Origin: a virus
Taxonomy: Duplodnaviria > Heunggongvirae > Uroviricota > Caudoviricetes
IMG/VR virus record: IMGVR_UViG_3300042991_000632
Coordinates: 1-27,035 of that record
Length of the DNA stretch: 27,035 bases
Reading direction: 5' to 3' (one strand)
Positions 8,767-17,084 of the stretch are shown piece by piece (position 1 is the first letter of the stretch; each line of letters starts with the position of its first letter). The position numbers were made by a program, and so were the translations under genes. The notes under the pieces are model-generated. The model worked only from the letters and a program-made list of their open reading frames with translations, was not told the DNA's origin and did not search any database.

Positions 8767-9690
8767 ATGAAAATCAGAAATATTATAAAAGAAGAAATAA
8801 GAAAATTCATTAAAGAAGAATTTACTGGCGGTAAACTTTATGGCTATCATTGCACACCATGTAAGAACTTAGAAAATATCGAACATAACGGATTTAAAAT
8901 CGGTGAACGTGCAATGCAGGGTGAAGGTGTTTATGCTTTCTATAACCTTACTGATGACAGTTCAGGTAACGCAGCAGTAGGATACGGTCAAAGACATATA
9001 AGCGAAAACGAATTCTGCATTGTTAAGTTTGAAATCGAACATCCAGAGTGGTTGTTAATACTAATTAAAGATATTGCTGAAGATGTTCTTGGAGAAAAGG
9101 CAGATATTATAACACAAATAACAAGACTATTCAAAGGTTGGGATGAAAGCAAACCAAATGGCTGGGATAATTATATAGAAGACTTATTCAAAAGTGTTGC
9201 TTCTGAATATCGAACACCAGAATTTGCCGAACAACATAAACAATGGCTGATAAAACAATTTAATGGCGATATACAAGCAGGTTCAAGTAATTTAATGTTT
9301 GGTACAAGTGATTTAGAAAGCAAAGCAAGATTCGGTGTTATATATTATGGTGAATATGGAATACAATATCTGATTAAACGTGCAAATATTATGAAGCCAA
9401 TAGGATATCATAATGTTAAAAGAGTTAACTGGAAGTTGGAAGTGTCTGATTTTATTCCGTTTACTGGTAAAAGTAAAACAATTAAAGATAAAATACTTTC
9501 TGACGAGAAATATAAAGACCTTGCTACATATATTGATAAGATCAATAGCATGGAAGATTTACAAAAACTTAAATTTGAGTTTAAGGAAAAAAGAAATGCT
9601 GCCAGAAATAACAAGGACTATGAATATTATGACAATATGTATGAACAAATTGATGAGTTAACTTATACACAAGGCGGTAAACTTACTTAA
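8767..9690 (+). CDS. Putative ADP-ribosyltransferase/PARP-like fold protein with an IKEE-type leader
   Basis: MKIRNIIKEEIRKFIKEE leader, then YGYHCT...L..I...GF......QGEGVYAF, resembling the H-x-T / G-x-G-x-Y ART signature. Confidence 0.55.
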   Translation: MKIRNIIKEEIRKFIKEEFTGGKLYGYHCTPCKNLENIEHNGFKIGERAMQGEGVYAFYNLTDDSSGNAAVGYGQRHISENEFCIVKFEIEHPEWLLILIKDIAEDVLGEKADIITQITRLFKGWDESKPNGWDNYIEDLFKSVASEYRTPEFAEQHKQWLIKQFNGDIQAGSSNLMFGTSDLESKARFGVIYYGEYGIQYLIKRANIMKPIGYHNVKRVNWKLEVSDFIPFTGKSKTIKDKILSDEKYKDLATYIDKINSMEDLQKLKFEFKEKRNAARNNKDYEYYDNMYEQIDELTYTQGGKLT

Positions 9691-9697
9691 ATTTTTT

Positions 9698-9820
9698 TGG
9701 AAAATTTTTTCCAGTAAGAATATTGGGTCAATAGTCTTATTCTCAGGAATTTACGATATTATGATACTATTTAAGGCAATTATTTTCCAATAAGGTAAAA
9801 TTTTTGGAAAATAATTTCCA
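9698..9820. repeat. Two related palindromes TGGAAA-N4-TTTCCA in an AT-rich spacer
   Basis: TGGAAAATTTTTTCCA 9698-9713 and TGGAAAATAATTTCCA 9805-9820. Confidence 0.65.
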
Positions 9821-9901
9821 TTATAAATATTTAAAAAAGATTATTTACTCCCAGAAATTTGTCGTGTTGCACCCCTACCCAGCCAGCACCCGGCAGTTGC
9901 C

Positions 9902-9942
9902 GGGGGGACTAAGGGGGGGATATGGTGGGGGGATGCCGGGGG
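9902..9942 (+). other. G-quadruplex-forming motif (G6-N5-G7-N7-G6-N5-G5)
   Basis: G runs at 9902-9907, 9913-9919, 9927-9932 and 9938-9942 in a non-coding gap between convergent genes. Confidence 0.8.
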
Positions 9943-10031
9943 AATATTTAGGTGGGTGTTCCTAAACTTTTGTAGTTTATTTAGGAAAGGGGGGCGGTTT
10001 GTTTCACCCGCCACACCTTGCCGTTGTCGAA

Positions 10032-10601
10032 CTACAAATTTACCTCAATTCGTTTTCCGTTCAGTGTAACATCTTTCACGTTTGGGATTATGAAGTTACG
10101 GAACTTATCGGTTCTCAGCCTTAACTGCTTTTTGAGCAGGTTTTTGGCTATCGTTTTGGGTGCTGATTTGACCTCTTTGTATTCACCCTTTTTGATCACG
10201 TTCTTACGGATTGCCTGACCAAAGATATAGAGGGTTTCGGTTTCGGGATCAAGTTTCACAGAGGGAGCAATAAAGACGTAATTGTTAGTCTGACCTTTGC
10301 TCTGATTGGTACGTTCCTCAAAGTTTTCAGAAACGTTCTTAGAGGCACTTTCAAGCATTTCTGACAGAGCCAACCTTACTATGTCAAGGGCAATACTACC
10401 TTTGTCGGCAACTGCCATTAAATCGCTTTCTTTTGCGTTCTGTATGCGTTTCAGATCGCCTTTCTTGGCTTTCATAACATCAGCACCCGTATTAATAAGG
10501 TGGTCTGCAATTTCACCGCTTGTCTTAGCGAAGTAGTTGTTAACACTAATGAGCCTTGCACCATTTTTGTTCAGATTTTTGAAAGCATCAAAGTTTTTCA
10601 T
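10032..10601 (-). CDS. Hypothetical phage protein
   Basis: 189-aa ORF with natural composition, own candidate promoter, divergent from the sigma gene. Confidence 0.8.
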   Translation of the reverse strand: MKNFDAFKNLNKNGARLISVNNYFAKTSGEIADHLINTGADVMKAKKGDLKRIQNAKESDLMAVADKGSIALDIVRLALSEMLESASKNVSENFEERTNQSKGQTNNYVFIAPSVKLDPETETLYIFGQAIRKNVIKKGEYKEVKSAPKTIAKNLLKKQLRLRTDKFRNFIIPNVKDVTLNGKRIEVNL

Positions 10602-10648
10602 TTTTGTAAGTATTAGTTCAACATTAAAATTGTTTCAGTTTGATGTGT

Positions 10649-10681
10649 CAAAGATACGGAATAAAAGTAATACCATCCAAA
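10649..10681 (-). promoter_or_regulatory. Bacteroidota housekeeping-type promoter TTTG-N21-TATCTTTG
   Basis: Reverse complement of CAAAGATA (10649-10656) and CAAA (10678-10681); points at the 10601 gene. Confidence 0.55.
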
Positions 10682-10897
10682 TATTTTTAAATAAAAATTC
10701 ATTCAATTACGTTAATGGATCGTTTCCGGTGACGAACATCAATATCCGGCAATGTCATTTTTTCTATGTTTCCTATACCTTATATTATATAGGAATGAGT
10801 TAACTCATAACCGGCTGATCTTCAGCAGAATAGAAAATAAATGAAAAATAAATGCAATTTTTATTTAATAATTGATACATCGTATTGAAATAATGCT

Positions 10898-10905
10898 TAT
10901 ATTTG
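10898..10905 (+). promoter_or_regulatory. Bacteroidota-type -7 box TATATTTG upstream of the sigma gene
   Basis: TAnnTTTG 38 nt before ATG 10944; no well-spaced -33 box seen. Confidence 0.45.
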
Positions 10906-10943
10906 CAGGGTCATTTTGAATGTTTCACTAACACTACAACACT

Positions 10944-11453
10944 ATGGAACTTACAGACAAGAAGTTAATGGAAATCAGAAAAGATGTTATCACCTTTGTT
11001 AAATGGAAAATGGGTAATGACGTTGAGGCTGAAGATTTCGCACAAGACACCTTAATTAAGGTTATCACAAACATTGATGTTTACGATGAGAGCAAGAGTT
11101 TCCGTACATGGTACATCAGTATTGCCAACAACATGATTATTGATATGTATCGTAGGAACAAAGACATCAAAGAGTTTTCAATCTCTGACTATCTGAATGA
11201 CAACGGAACTGAAAAGATACAAATTGCTGACGCATCAGTTAATGCTGAAAATTCCGATACTCATAAGCAGATAAGGAAAGCAATCAGAAATCTCAAATTT
11301 GAATATCGTAAAGTTATCGTATTGCGTTTCATTCAGAATATGTCATGCAACGAGATTGCTGAATATTGCGATATGCCCTTAAACTCTGTTTTGTCAATGA
11401 TTGCAAGAGGTAAGAAGTTATTGCAGGAGCAGTTGCAAGGTCAGTTAGTTTAA
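10944..11453 (+). CDS. RNA polymerase sigma-70 factor, ECF subfamily (candidate early/middle phage sigma)
   Basis: Region 2 (EAEDFAQDTLIKV...SFRTWYISIANNMIIDMYR) and region 4 (RKVIVLRFIQNMSCNEIAEYCDMPLNSVLSMIARGK). Confidence 0.92.
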   Translation: MELTDKKLMEIRKDVITFVKWKMGNDVEAEDFAQDTLIKVITNIDVYDESKSFRTWYISIANNMIIDMYRRNKDIKEFSISDYLNDNGTEKIQIADASVNAENSDTHKQIRKAIRNLKFEYRKVIVLRFIQNMSCNEIAEYCDMPLNSVLSMIARGKKLLQEQLQGQLV

Positions 11454-11499
11454 TCCGGCTGACCTTTGGGCAATGTCCAAAAATATAATGTCCGGTAAA

Positions 11500-11525
11500 T
11501 GCAATATTTTTAAATAAAAAACGTA
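11500..11525 (+). promoter_or_regulatory. ECF-type promoter TGCAAT-N16-CGTA
   Basis: Exact match, upstream of 11554. Confidence 0.8.
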
Positions 11526-11553
11526 TATTAGTAGAAACCAAAACACAAACGAC

Positions 11554-11967
11554 ATGAAGGTATCAGATTACAGCGAATTGAAAAGTACATTAGGTCGCAC
11601 TCCCACAATGGACGAAGTGCGTGAGATGGAAGACAACAAACTCATGGAGATCAAGAAGTACGCCAACTTTTGTGGGTACACTGATGTCGATCCTTACGAG
11701 GTAGTAAGAACAATCTCTCCGATTTGCGTTGAAGTTCGTGCAATGTCCACTAAGCAGATTGAATTCCCGAAGCAGTTTTATCCGGGCGGTTTCGTTGGTC
11801 ATTTTGCTGACAATCGTGGCGGTCAGAAGTACGAATACACATCAAATCCCGATGCTCCGGTGTTTCGCATCCGGTGGAGCAGAAGTAACAGACATTGGCA
11901 GACCGCAAGTAAGATGAGGTTTGCAATGTCCGACAACCCCTACAAATTCTACGACTACAACTTTTAA
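11554..11967 (+). CDS. Hypothetical phage early protein
   Basis: 137-aa ORF between promoter and terminator. Confidence 0.8.
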   Translation: MKVSDYSELKSTLGRTPTMDEVREMEDNKLMEIKKYANFCGYTDVDPYEVVRTISPICVEVRAMSTKQIEFPKQFYPGGFVGHFADNRGGQKYEYTSNPDAPVFRIRWSRSNRHWQTASKMRFAMSDNPYKFYDYNF

Positions 11968-11971
11968 AAGA

Positions 11972-11997
11972 GAGAGGGTGAAATTCCCTCTCCCTTT
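11972..11997 (+). terminator. Intrinsic terminator
   Basis: GAGAGGG-tgaaatt-CCCTCTC followed by CCTTTT. Confidence 0.6.
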
Positions 11998-12023
11998 TGC
12001 AATATTTTTAAATAAAAAACGTA
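11998..12023 (+). promoter_or_regulatory. ECF-type promoter TGCAAT-N16-CGTA
   Basis: Exact match, upstream of 12052. Confidence 0.8.
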
Positions 12024-12051
12024 CTATATATATAACCAAAACACAAACGAC

Positions 12052-12315
12052 ATGGCAACAACAACAAGACCGCTTTACATGATTGCTCACGAAATCGAAG
12101 CAAATTGGAAGAGATCAATATCCGGCACTGATCTGTATTTCGGTGCAAAACCTTACCTCAGTGCAATGTCCACTTTGAATAGCATCAATGATAACTACGG
12201 CATGGACTCCGGCAGATCAATAGTGGCATACTTTCTTTCCAATGCAACAACGTGGCGTGGAGAAACTGCTAAGAGGGTTAAGAAGGAACTAAATGATATG
12301 CTGAAGGCACGATAG
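12052..12315 (+). CDS. Hypothetical phage early protein
   Basis: 87 aa, YFGAKPYLSAM..YGMDS..YFLSNATTWRGE; own promoter. Confidence 0.8.
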   Translation: MATTTRPLYMIAHEIEANWKRSISGTDLYFGAKPYLSAMSTLNSINDNYGMDSGRSIVAYFLSNATTWRGETAKRVKKELNDMLKAR

Positions 12316-12430
12316 GTGCTGATGGGAATAGTGACTATGCCGGAAGTATAGTAGACCACACGAGGGCAACTCAAACCGGATATTAAAAGTTAGCACTATA
12401 CCCCTGATGCCAAAATATAATGTCCGGCAA

Positions 12431-12456
12431 TGCAATATTCTTAAATAAAAAACGTA
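12431..12456 (+). promoter_or_regulatory. ECF-type promoter TGCAAT-N16-CGTA
   Basis: Exact match, upstream of 12484. Confidence 0.8.
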
Positions 12457-12483
12457 CTATATCTGTAACCAAACACACACAAC

Positions 12484-12651
12484 ATGACACCAAAAGAAAG
12501 ACGCAAAGAACAGAAGAGGCAGTACGAATATATCAAAGACATTCGTACAAGGATTCAGAAAGGTCTTACGACCACGTTTGCAGAACGCAATCAGATGCAC
12601 ATCTACGACAAGAAGATGGCTCAGAAACGTAAATCAATGTCCAACGCATAA
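12484..12651 (+). CDS. Small basic protein (55 aa)
   Basis: MTPKERRKEQKRQYEYIKDIRTRIQKG...; directly after promoter and ACACAC leader; below the track cutoff. Confidence 0.65.
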   Translation: MTPKERRKEQKRQYEYIKDIRTRIQKGLTTTFAERNQMHIYDKKMAQKRKSMSNA

Positions 12652-12663
12652 TACCAATGTACG

Positions 12664-12957
12664 ATGAAAACAATACAAGACTACGTTGACGAGATTAAGA
12701 AAGCAAGTGATGCCGATTGGCAGAAGCATGGCTACGACATGACCAAAGCACCGACCTATACCATAATGTCCGGGAGTAAGTTTCATAAGATTGTTGTTTC
12801 AACTTGGGGATCACAATCTGTGCATTGTTTTGTTGACCGGGAAAGCGGTGACATATACAAAGCAGCGACATGGAAAGCACCCGCAAAACACGTCCGGGGA
12901 AACATCAATGAGGATAGGAAACCTCTGTTGGGATGGGACTTTTATTGGCGGAGATAA
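12664..12957 (+). CDS. Hypothetical phage early protein
   Basis: 97 aa, SVHCFVDRESGDIYKAATWKAPAKHVRGNI. Confidence 0.8.
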   Translation: MKTIQDYVDEIKKASDADWQKHGYDMTKAPTYTIMSGSKFHKIVVSTWGSQSVHCFVDRESGDIYKAATWKAPAKHVRGNINEDRKPLLGWDFYWRR

Positions 12958-12982
12958 TGTACTAACTTAAAACTAATGTACG

Positions 12983-13141
12983 ATGGAACGCAAAGATTGG
13001 ATTGTTCGTTATTACGACAAGAAAGATAAATTAATCAGTTCGTATATCATTAAAGATAGGACTGAGCATGAAGCCGAGAATGAGGCAATGGGAGATATGA
13101 CTTATGAATGTGATGATTGGACGATGGTAGTAAAAAAATAA
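12983..13141 (+). CDS. Hypothetical protein (52 aa)
   Basis: MERKDWIVRYYDKKDKLISSYIIKDRTEHEAENEA...; fills gap. Confidence 0.65.
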   Translation: MERKDWIVRYYDKKDKLISSYIIKDRTEHEAENEAMGDMTYECDDWTMVVKK

Positions 13142-13149
13142 TGTCCGGG

Positions 13150-13175
13150 TGCAATATTTTTAAATAAAAAACGTA
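13150..13175 (+). promoter_or_regulatory. ECF-type promoter TGCAAT-N16-CGTA
   Basis: Exact match, upstream of 13202. Confidence 0.8.
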
Positions 13176-13201
13176 TATATATTGAATCAAAACTTACGAC
13201 T

Positions 13202-13546
13202 ATGACACTCGAAAGAATTATTGAACTGCAAAAAGATTACGGAGTAACCGGAACGCAGAAAGGAATTAACACCGGGGAGATATGGAAGTTTGAAGGAAGC
13301 GTTGGAAGGTTTGCAATGGATATGGTTGAAGGCGGAATTTGTCTTCTCCCGGAAGAACGCACTCAGGACTATTACGGAAACACAATTCCTTCCCGGAACG
13401 ATTTGAAACCCGGCACACATGGAACATTGCTTAATGCTGAAAACTTTTGGCAGAAGGTTGAAGACGGTGACTTTGAGGCAATAGAATATCTTGAAGGTAC
13501 ATTCGCCCCGGAGAATAATGTAATTGATTTCCCGGAAGAAGAATAA
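13202..13546 (+). CDS. Hypothetical phage protein
   Basis: 114-aa ORF between promoter and terminator. Confidence 0.8.
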   Translation: MTLERIIELQKDYGVTGTQKGINTGEIWKFEGSVGRFAMDMVEGGICLLPEERTQDYYGNTIPSRNDLKPGTHGTLLNAENFWQKVEDGDFEAIEYLEGTFAPENNVIDFPEEE

Positions 13547-13579
13547 GATTTTCCATTTTTTTTGTTTGATATATTTAAG

Positions 13580-13615
13580 ACCCTGCACCGTTTAATCAGA
13601 ACGGCAGGGTTTTTT
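13580..13615 (+). terminator. Intrinsic terminator
   Basis: ACCCTGC...GCAGGGT followed by TTTTT. Confidence 0.6.
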
Positions 13616-13638
13616 ATTTAAAAATTGTTGTATCTTTG

Positions 13639-13664
13639 TGCAATATTTTTAATTAAAAAACGTA
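13639..13664 (+). promoter_or_regulatory. ECF-type promoter TGCAAT-N16-CGTA
   Basis: Exact match, upstream of 13693; TATCTTTG abuts at 13631-13638. Confidence 0.8.
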
Positions 13665-13692
13665 TTATACATATAAACTAAAACACATAGAT

Positions 13693-14634
13693 ATGGAAAC
13701 AACAGTCGCATTACCTGAAACCCGGAGAGAACGCAGAGTTCGTCAGAGGGTTGAAAAGAAGATCAAAGTAGGTGCAATTGAATGTACACTTGCTGATCTC
13801 ATATTCCCGGTTGAACTCATTGCCAACCCGGATAAGACCAACAAAGAATATTCACGTGTTGTTGTTGGCATGGTTGATGGCGAAAAGATGTCATTGAACT
13901 ATTGCTCAAACATTTATCAACTCGTCCCCAATGAAGCAATCTTCCCGGAGATTGAGAACGTTCTTGATAGGAACAACATTCAGTATGAAGTAACTTATTC
14001 TCATATTGATAACGTCAAATTCTTTGTTGAATACAAGATTACTGATCCCCGGTTTGCTTATAGAATGAAGGGAACAAACGATAATATCGTTCCACTCATC
14101 CGGGTTCAGCACTCTTACAATGGTCTTATTAAGTATCGTATTATCTTCGGTTATTTCAGATTTATTTGTGAAAATGGTCTTGTTATAGCAGTTGAAGAAC
14201 TGAAGAAATACAATCTCGTGGTGACCGGGAAACATACCAAGATCATTCTGAACTCATTTAAATTGCTCAACAAGATGCTGAAAAACTTTACCAAGAATGC
14301 TGATACGATGATAGCAGACATTACATCAAAGTATGAAATTCTTGGTGGTCGTTGGATTAAGAACCCGGAAGATCGTATAACTGAGGTTCTGAAAGCAAAC
14401 AAGATCGCTATTCACGACAATAGTAAAGCAAGTACATTGAATTTCATTATGACAAAACTCCGTACTGAGGCTGATCATACCGAACTCGGATACAATGGTC
14501 ATGTGAACGATTGGCTGATCTACAACGCAATCAATCAGTATCTCTACAAGAACGGAAACATAATGACACCAACCATCAGAATGGAGAAGGATAGCAAGAT
14601 ATTTGAGTATATGCTGAAATACCAACCCGCATAA
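13693..14634 (+). CDS. DUF932-like domain protein
   Basis: CSNIYQLVPNEAIF and IRVQHSYNG..Y....GYFRFICENGLV match the DUF932 pattern (NSyDG...G.fR..C.NGl). Confidence 0.65.
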   Translation: METTVALPETRRERRVRQRVEKKIKVGAIECTLADLIFPVELIANPDKTNKEYSRVVVGMVDGEKMSLNYCSNIYQLVPNEAIFPEIENVLDRNNIQYEVTYSHIDNVKFFVEYKITDPRFAYRMKGTNDNIVPLIRVQHSYNGLIKYRIIFGYFRFICENGLVIAVEELKKYNLVVTGKHTKIILNSFKLLNKMLKNFTKNADTMIADITSKYEILGGRWIKNPEDRITEVLKANKIAIHDNSKASTLNFIMTKLRTEADHTELGYNGHVNDWLIYNAINQYLYKNGNIMTPTIRMEKDSKIFEYMLKYQPA

Positions 14635-14650
14635 CCCGGCAACCCGGATG

Positions 14651-14679
14651 AAGGAGAGAAGAAATTCTCTCCTTTTTTT
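14651..14679 (+). terminator. Intrinsic terminator
   Basis: AAGGAGAGAA-GAAA-TTCTCTCCTT plus T run (10-bp stem, GAAA loop). Confidence 0.8.
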
Positions 14680-14680
14680 A

Positions 14681-14706
14681 TGCAATATTTCCCGGCATCT
14701 TACGTA
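14681..14706 (+). promoter_or_regulatory. ECF-type promoter TGCAAT-N16-CGTA
   Basis: Exact match, upstream of 14734. Confidence 0.8.
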
Positions 14707-14733
14707 TATTATAATGAACCAAAACATAATGCT

Positions 14734-15003
14734 ATGTATGAAACAATGATTTTAACGCTTGACGTTAATTCTTTTAGTGATGGTCGCAAAGTCGCTGAAA
14801 GGATTGAAAACGAAAAGTTTGAATCCCACACAGACCTTGTTAAACGGCTCATGCTCGAACTTGGTACTGAGGGTGCAAACTATGATGACTACAATATCCA
14901 AGTATGGTCACTTACTGACTTCATGGATGCGTGCAACAACCAAGAGATTAACTTGGAGAACGTTTGGATTGGCTATGTTCAACTAAGAAAACTATTCTCA
15001 TGA
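14734..15003 (+). CDS. Hypothetical protein
   Basis: Start moved to ATG 14734 (MYETMILTL) because the track start lies inside the promoter. Confidence 0.7.
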   Translation: MYETMILTLDVNSFSDGRKVAERIENEKFESHTDLVKRLMLELGTEGANYDDYNIQVWSLTDFMDACNNQEINLENVWIGYVQLRKLFS

Positions 15004-15230
15004 ATAAGGCATACTTTGTTAAGGAGATTATGGTCACAGACCCAGACTCCAAAGGAGAAGTTGAACTCTCCGTTTACAAGCACGAGAATGGTGGTATGTT
15101 TGCTGTTGATAGTTCATTCCTTGACCAAGTTGTAAGGACTGATGAGTACGACAGACCTATTCTTCCTGATCCATTTAGTGATTGTGGTGTGGAAGTAGGT
15201 GTTATTGAACACGTTGTGTTATTTGACTGA
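15000..15230 (+). CDS. Hypothetical protein
   Basis: ATGA overlap with the previous stop (MNKAYFVKEI...). Confidence 0.7.
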   Translation: MNKAYFVKEIMVTDPDSKGEVELSVYKHENGGMFAVDSSFLDQVVRTDEYDRPILPDPFSDCGVEVGVIEHVVLFD

Positions 15231-15250
15231 CAGAAATAATGTCCCGGATT

Positions 15251-15276
15251 TGCAATATTTCCGGGACATTTACGTA
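15251..15276 (+). promoter_or_regulatory. ECF-type promoter with -35 in a hairpin loop
   Basis: TGCAAT-N16-CGTA inside AATGTCCCGGA/TCCGGGACATT (15238-15270). Confidence 0.8.
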
Positions 15277-15308
15277 TATTTAATGTACACTAACTAATTA
15301 TTACGATC

Positions 15309-15647
15309 ATGGAACTGACACTTATAAAAACACAGACATATAAACTTGAACCTTACGGGCATTTCGTATTCAAGTGGAACAGACCCAAGGGTATTTTAAA
15401 ACCTCACCAGATACTTGTATCGGAACTTCGAATGTACCACGATAGTGCAATGCCACTTACCGAGGATCAAGAAAATGCTTTCGTTAAGGAGATGAAGAAA
15501 TACAAAACAGACGTATTCACAGACGGAGAAAAGTTTTACACCCGTACCAATAGCGGGATGACAGAAGTATATCATGTCAGATCATACAACTATAAGATCG
15601 ATAAAATGTATAGATCATTAGTTGATGCAACTGAAAGGTTTTCATAA
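15309..15647 (+). CDS. Hypothetical protein
   Basis: 112-aa ORF after promoter. Confidence 0.75.
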   Translation: MELTLIKTQTYKLEPYGHFVFKWNRPKGILKPHQILVSELRMYHDSAMPLTEDQENAFVKEMKKYKTDVFTDGEKFYTRTNSGMTEVYHVRSYNYKIDKMYRSLVDATERFS

Positions 15648-15687
15648 AGATAAATGTTGTTTTGGTTCATAGTGGTTTTGGTTTAAC

Positions 15688-15717
15688 AACCCGCATCGAT
15701 GAAGGTGCGGGTTTTTT
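15688..15717 (+). terminator. Intrinsic terminator
   Basis: AACCCGCA...TGCGGGTT plus T run. Confidence 0.7.
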
Positions 15718-15719
15718 CT

Positions 15720-15750
15720 TTGTTTATTAAAGTATTTATCACTATCTTTG
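15720..15750 (+). promoter_or_regulatory. Bacteroidota housekeeping-type promoter TTG-N20-TATCTTTG
   Basis: Upstream of 15770, a gene that follows a terminator but lacks the ECF motif. Confidence 0.5.
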
Positions 15751-15769
15751 CAAACTTAAACACATAACG

Positions 15770-16081
15770 ATGAAATACACGAACTATATTATTAATGGAG
15801 ATGCAATAAATGCGAAAGCCTTGGAGAATGTACCCAAAATCCTTTTACCATTTACGCTTTCCGTTGCTATTTTCGGTGTGATTCTTCTTGCTGGGGCAAT
15901 ACCAATGACATTAAGCATAGACGGAGTGAGATCATTGAAATGTCAGATGATTAGGTTTGAACGCAGATATCATTATGGTCAAACCATTGTCCAAAACAAG
16001 GCATTCAGATTTGCTGTTGTTAAACCAATCAACATTGTTGTTGTTACTCCAATTCATAATATACTAAGATTTGTTGCATAG
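15770..16081 (+). CDS. Hypothetical membrane-anchored protein
   Basis: 103 aa with one hydrophobic segment (LLPFTLSVAIFGVILLAGAIPM). Confidence 0.65.
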   Translation: MKYTNYIINGDAINAKALENVPKILLPFTLSVAIFGVILLAGAIPMTLSIDGVRSLKCQMIRFERRYHYGQTIVQNKAFRFAVVKPINIVVVTPIHNILRFVA

Positions 16082-16083
16082 AC

Positions 16084-16109
16084 TGCAATATTTCCATATG
16101 TTTTGCGTA
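16084..16109 (+). promoter_or_regulatory. ECF-type promoter TGCAAT-N16-CGTA
   Basis: Exact match, upstream of 16138. Confidence 0.8.
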
Positions 16110-16137
16110 TTATGTATATACCAATATACACATAACT

Positions 16138-16368
16138 ATGGCAAAACCGAAATTCTTTCAAACAGCATTACTCAGACTTGATGACGACCAAGTGAAAGAT
16201 ATACTCAAAGGTTCTTCAATGTCCGAGAGAATGGGTTCAGATAGCGCAGAATGTCCAGAGTGTGGACTTAACGTCTGGTGGTTGCTTCCGCTTGAAAGTG
16301 TTGCAAGACGTGAAGGTGGCAAACCATATTGTGAATGTTTGAATTGTGGTTATACCACACATATGTAG
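16138..16368 (+). CDS. Small zinc-ribbon protein
   Basis: CPECG...CECLNCG. Confidence 0.7.
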   Translation: MAKPKFFQTALLRLDDDQVKDILKGSSMSERMGSDSAECPECGLNVWWLLPLESVARREGGKPYCECLNCGYTTHM

Positions 16369-16414
16369 GATTTCTTTTTCTCTACATAATTTTAATTGGT
16401 TACATGACCCCAGA

Positions 16415-16440
16415 TGCAATATTCTGGGGTTTTTTCCGTA
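16415..16440 (+). promoter_or_regulatory. ECF-type promoter with -35 in a terminator loop
   Basis: ACCCCAGA-TGCAATAT-TCTGGGGT-TTTTT-C-CGTA. Confidence 0.8.
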
Positions 16441-16463
16441 TTATATATGTAATCAAAAACTAA

Positions 16464-16811
16464 ATGCAAATGAAACAAGAATTAAAAGAATTGCAAAACT
16501 TAGCCAACAGATGTCTGAATGACGTTGCAAATGTCATTAGGATACTAACGGCAGACAATCCACTTATCCTTTTTGATAAGGATACTATTGAAAGCGATAA
16601 TGATACGCTTTACGACTTGCCATTTGGTTATTATGTTGGCAAGTATGAATACTATAACGAGGGAACTATTTGGAAAGTTCACGGCAACGATGTAACGATC
16701 ATGTTGCGTGGTGAACAATTTGGCGACACATGGGAACTTAGCGTTTCTGATCTGCCTTTTGAAAGTCAGGTTGACTTACTCACATACTTAGCAGAAAGGA
16801 TTGAAGAATGA
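16464..16811 (+). CDS. Hypothetical protein
   Basis: 115-aa acidic ORF after promoter. Confidence 0.75.
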   Translation: MQMKQELKELQNLANRCLNDVANVIRILTADNPLILFDKDTIESDNDTLYDLPFGYYVGKYEYYNEGTIWKVHGNDVTIMLRGEQFGDTWELSVSDLPFESQVDLLTYLAERIEE

Positions 16812-17065
16812 GAATAATTAACTTAGTGACAATCAAAGCAGGTGTTGTTGACAACATCGAATCCTATGCTGTATGGGAAGAACAACTCGTACAAGATGTT
16901 GTTGATGTAGCCGAGAAACGCTTTCTCGAAATAGCCAAAGAACTTGGTTGGGACGAGAATGAAGAAGATGCTATCACCGAAGAAGAACTTTTGGATGGTG
17001 GCTATTTTGAATGTGAAACGGGGACATGGGATAGCATTTGTATCTCGTGGTCAGACGTAGTGTAA
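16808..17065 (+). CDS. Hypothetical protein
   Basis: 85 aa, ATGA overlap. Confidence 0.75.
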   Translation: MRIINLVTIKAGVVDNIESYAVWEEQLVQDVVDVAEKRFLEIAKELGWDENEEDAITEEELLDGGYFECETGTWDSICISWSDVV

Positions 17066-17084
17066 CGCTTTTTATTTAAAAACA

